Assembly: GCF_009914755.1 (NCBI RefSeq)
Contig: NC_060938.1
Origin: the human T2T-CHM13v2.0 reference genome, Homo sapiens
Direction: 5' to 3' (one strand)
Length of the DNA: 64,000 bases
The first letter of the stretch is position 1. Each line of letters begins with the position of its first letter. The position numbers and the translations under genes are program-made. Below are positions 56,116-64,000 of the stretch, in pieces. Below the pieces are notes generated by a model that was not told the DNA's origin, did not search any database, and saw only the letters and a program-made list of their open reading frames with translations.

Positions 56116-56484
56116 AGCAAAAGAACTTTCAAACAGTTAAATGATAAAAGTATTATATCAATGTCATCAGGAGTTTTAAATAGAAAATCGCCCGTATTAA
56201 TTCCAATAATAGTTTAGTTTACTCTTCAGTTCATGGAAACAAAGTAAATCTTCTGGAAGTTCATTCTGCTGAAAGTGAAATATCTGACATCAGTGGGGAT
56301 TCTATCTAAATTTATTTGAAAAGTTTAACACTAATGATAAAATTCTTAATTTTTACAGTAATACAAATACAAACTTTGGCAGGAAATAGCGTTCAGCAGT
56401 CCTGCGAAAGAAGTGCTTTTAGAGTAGTCTAAACATTCTTCTAAATGGTTTTATCCTTTATTGTATCAAATAACTACATATTAA

Positions 56485-56847
<363 letters not shown>

Positions 56848-58051
56848 TAGGAAATCTGTGAAACACAAAAGTACTTGAATTTGGAATTACAATTCATGAT
56901 TCTATCCAAATGAGCTGCAAGATAACACACCAACAAAAAAGAAGCCATACTTGTCAAATTTTCAGATTTTATTTATATCTAGAATTGCTGAACAACAGAA
57001 TTTTTGAAAAAAACATGTTTTGTTTCTGTTTTTGTTGCCCAGGCTGGAGTGCAGTGGCCCTACCACGGCTCACTGCAGGCTTGACCTGGGCTCAAGCAAT
57101 CCTCCCACCTCAGCTGCACACAAATCAATGTGATATACAGAAAAACTACTAGACCTCCTGGCCTCAAGCAATCCTCCCACCTCAGCAGCGCACAAACCGA
57201 TGTTAATTAAATACACAAAAAATACTAGCATTGCAGGACATACTTTCTCCCTCTGCTTGGAGTGATTGGGTTTTTAAAATCTTTAAGCCTTTGAAGAGCG
57301 AGCGACTCTGTAAAACAACCTAAGTGTCCTACTGTAATAATGGTATTATTATTATTAGAAACAAGTCCTCTAAATCTTAGTTGCATTTAGTTGAAAACAG
57401 ACATCTTTAATCAAAGCATTAAACTTAAGCTTTTGAAGCTTTTAGTGAAATGCAATTCATGAAAACAAAACTTATGCACAGGAAGACACTGAAATTTATC
57501 CCTACAAAAGCAAATAAGAATTGAACAAATTGTACATGAAAAGCTGAAATGGTGAATGATTTCATTTTAAAATTCTGTAACTGTACTTTGGAATATCTTG
57601 ACTTGTGGGAAGAATATTTTGATAGAACTCCTATTTTTAATTGTATTAATTTATGTTCTGTGCCAGAATGAAATAAAAGAGTAGGCTTAAAATCTGTGAA
57701 ACATCCAAAAGAATCATAGACAACTTGATGAATTTTGTCCTTAAAAACAGTGAAGACCCTATTATTGAAGAAGTGTACCCTGAATGGAGATAAAAAGACA
57801 GAACCTATAAAAATACTGAGGCTGAAGTATTTACCCATTTCAATTAAAACAAATTCTTAAAAATTATGACTCTCCCAGCTAGTAGAATTTGCTCTGAGCC
57901 TGCCAAGTACCTTAGAACCTAACATTTTTCTCATTAAAAAATATTATAGTCTAGGCCAGGCATGGTGGCTCACGCCTGTAATCCCAGCACTTTGGGAGGC
58001 GAGACCAGCCTGACCAACAATGGAGAAACCCCATCTCTACTAAAAATACTA

Positions 58052-58201
<150 letters not shown>

Positions 58202-58750
58202 TCAAACAAATAAAAAAAAGAAAAGAATTGAAGATTTAACTTCAAATTTATTCAGCATAAAATGCAACTCTAAACAAGGCTACAGCTAATTTTTTATGAG
58301 AAAAATTAAAATAACACTGTATTAAAAATATATTTTTCAGAAAAATATCAGCAATACCATGGGACAGACAGGCTAAGAAACTGATTAAAGCACATAAATA
58401 TGTACCAGAAATGATTATCTTACATATGTTAACATTTAGATCATATGTTTAATGTTTGGATAATCAATGTAAATAAATATTTTTATTTTTTTCTTAGGTA
58501 AACTGGGTAAGTTGTTAATTTACATATTCCTAGAAAATTATACCTTTGTTTCAAATTTTCAAAACTATTGGCATAAGGGTGTCAATGTATTCACGTATTT
58601 TGAAGCCTATATTGTACCTTTTTTATCTCTAATATTATTTTATTTGTGCCTTCTCTTTTTTGATTCATGACTCTTGCTAAAGCATTGTTCTACTAGGTTC
58701 TACCCCCAATAAACCAGATTTTAGTTATAAGATGTATGGGATTTACTTTA

Positions 58751-59065
<315 letters not shown>

Positions 59066-59399
59066 CTATCAGTGTCTGGGCATGAAGATTAATTATATCA
59101 AGACTTCATCAGCTTTATGACATAACCTCAAGGAGTCAATGATTACCAACGCATTTCTTACTACCTCAACTCTATCCTCAGAGAGCAACATTCCTTCCCT
59201 AATCTGACCACCTCTTCTTGACTCTTAATCATTGAGTCTCATGAGGTTCATGGTGAGGCACAAGCAAAATCTCTATATACTCAGCTTTCTTTCTGGTCAT
59301 TCTTCTGGGGTCACTGCTTCCTCTTCAGCCCTCTTAAGTAGTGACTGATTACTTTCTATACCCCACTGGTACTAGAGACAAAATCAAAACCACGTAGTG

Positions 59400-59845
59400 T
59401 CAACCTCACTAATTCAAATTCCTCCCCTTCCATTATCTTGAATCCACTTCAAGGTTTTCATTCTTACCATTCCATAAAACTTGCCAATGGCCTCCACATT
59501 GCTAAATCTAATGGTGAATTCTCAGTCTTCAACCTGACTCACCAGAAGCATTTGACAGAGTCTATTATTTCCTGTTCCTCAAACACTTCATTTGGCTTCT
59601 AAACATCCTTCTTGTCTTTCAGTTCTCTACTTTTCTAGCTACTCTTTCTTAGTCTCCTTAGCTGGATCCTCTTTAACTTGATCTCTAAATATTTTGGAGT
59701 ATCCTTGAACCTCTTTTCTTACCTATATTTACTCCTTCCCTAGGTGACTTCATCCAAGTTCACAGTAATAAATATTATGTTTATAAGGACAATTCTCACA
59801 TTTATATTCTTAGCCAGAACCTCAACCCTGAACTCTGGAAGGTAT
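59400..59845 (+). mobile_element. L2 relic; continues at about 63357-63729, having been split by Tigger2 and then hit by the LTR5
   Basis: aatggcctccacattgctaaatctaatggtgaattctcagtcttc L2 motif. Confidence 0.6.
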
Positions 59846-59859
59846 CAGCCAAAGATGTA

Positions 59860-63354
<3,495 letters not shown>

Positions 63355-63729
63355 TATATTTCTATCTCTAGCTCACATTTTTCTCTGAGCTTGAGACACA
63401 ATTATCCAACTGTCTACTTTATCCCTCTAGGTGAATATCTCAAAGAAATCCTACAATAATCACATCCAAACGCAAACTCAATCTCCACCCACAGCTCTAC
63501 CTCTGAAATACGCCCTTCTTCAAGTGTTCCTGTTATTTGCAAGTGGAAGCATCACTTTCTCAACCGTAACATTCAGAAATGTAGACGTTATCCCTGTTGC
63601 CTCTTTCTCCATCCTTAATATCTGATCCATCCTGTTGACTTTATCTTTTTAAATATTTCCTGAATGTTTACTCTTTTCTACACACCCATGTTTACTCTAG
63701 TCCAAGCTTCTATCACACTTACCCAAACT

Positions 63730-64000
63730 TGTGGGGAAAAGCAAGAGAGATCAGATTGTTACTGTGTCTGTGTAGAAAGAAGTAGACATAAGAGACTCCA
63801 TTTTGTTATGTACTAAGAAAAATTCTTCTGCCTTGAGATTCTGTTAATCTATAACCTTACCCCCAACCCCGTGCTCTCTGAAACGTGTGCTGTGTCAACT
63901 CAGAGTTAAATGGATTAAGGGCGGTGCAAGATGTGCTTTGTTAAACAGATGCTTGAAGGCAGTATGCTCCTTAAGAGTCATCACCACTCCCTAATCTCAA
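63730..64000 (+). mobile_element. HERV-K(HML-2) LTR5 (LTR5_Hs-like), 5' part of U3, continuing past the window edge; antisense to WDHD1
   Basis: Begins TGTGGGGAAAAGCAAGAGAGATCAGATTGTTACTGTGTCTGTGTAGAAAGAAGTAGACAT, near-identical to the recalled LTR5_Hs consensus. Solo LTR versus provirus cannot be told from this window. Confidence 0.93.

Overview
Human (primate) genomic DNA, AT-rich and very repeat-dense. The whole window lies inside WDHD1 (AND-1, the CTF4 orthologue; replisome hub), transcribed on the - strand. I traced 19 consecutive coding exons by translation, splice sites and phase. They are numbered 3-21 on the assumption that the ATG is in exon 2, beyond the right edge. They encode the WD40 propeller, the acidic linker, the SepB domain and the start of the C-terminal region; the HMG-box exons lie beyond the left edge. 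One intron has a GC donor. The introns hold roughly 70 Alu/FLAM copies (about 30% of the window), a fragmented primate L1, L2/MIR/MER relics, Charlie1, a probable Blackjack hAT element, a near full-length Tigger2, MaLR LTRs, a full-length RPSA processed pseudogene, and the start of a young HERV-K(HML-2) LTR5 at the right edge. Most ORFs in the supplied track are Alu, L1 or transposase artefacts. I see no evidence of a new protein-coding system. The most striking observation is a retroposed, CCA-bearing, poly(A)-tailed 3' half of tRNA-His(GUG). Its only non-CpG substitutions fall at tRNA positions 37 and 58, the m1G and m1A sites, so it may be a fossil record of RNA modification. Other notable items: a tailless 5S rRNA retrocopy, several locally templated insertions, an Alu carrying L1 sequence inside its TSDs, an Alu whose TSD touches a splice donor, a C15 polypyrimidine tract, and a 22-bp intronic hairpin. 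Repeat boundaries and subfamily calls were made by eye and are approximate.
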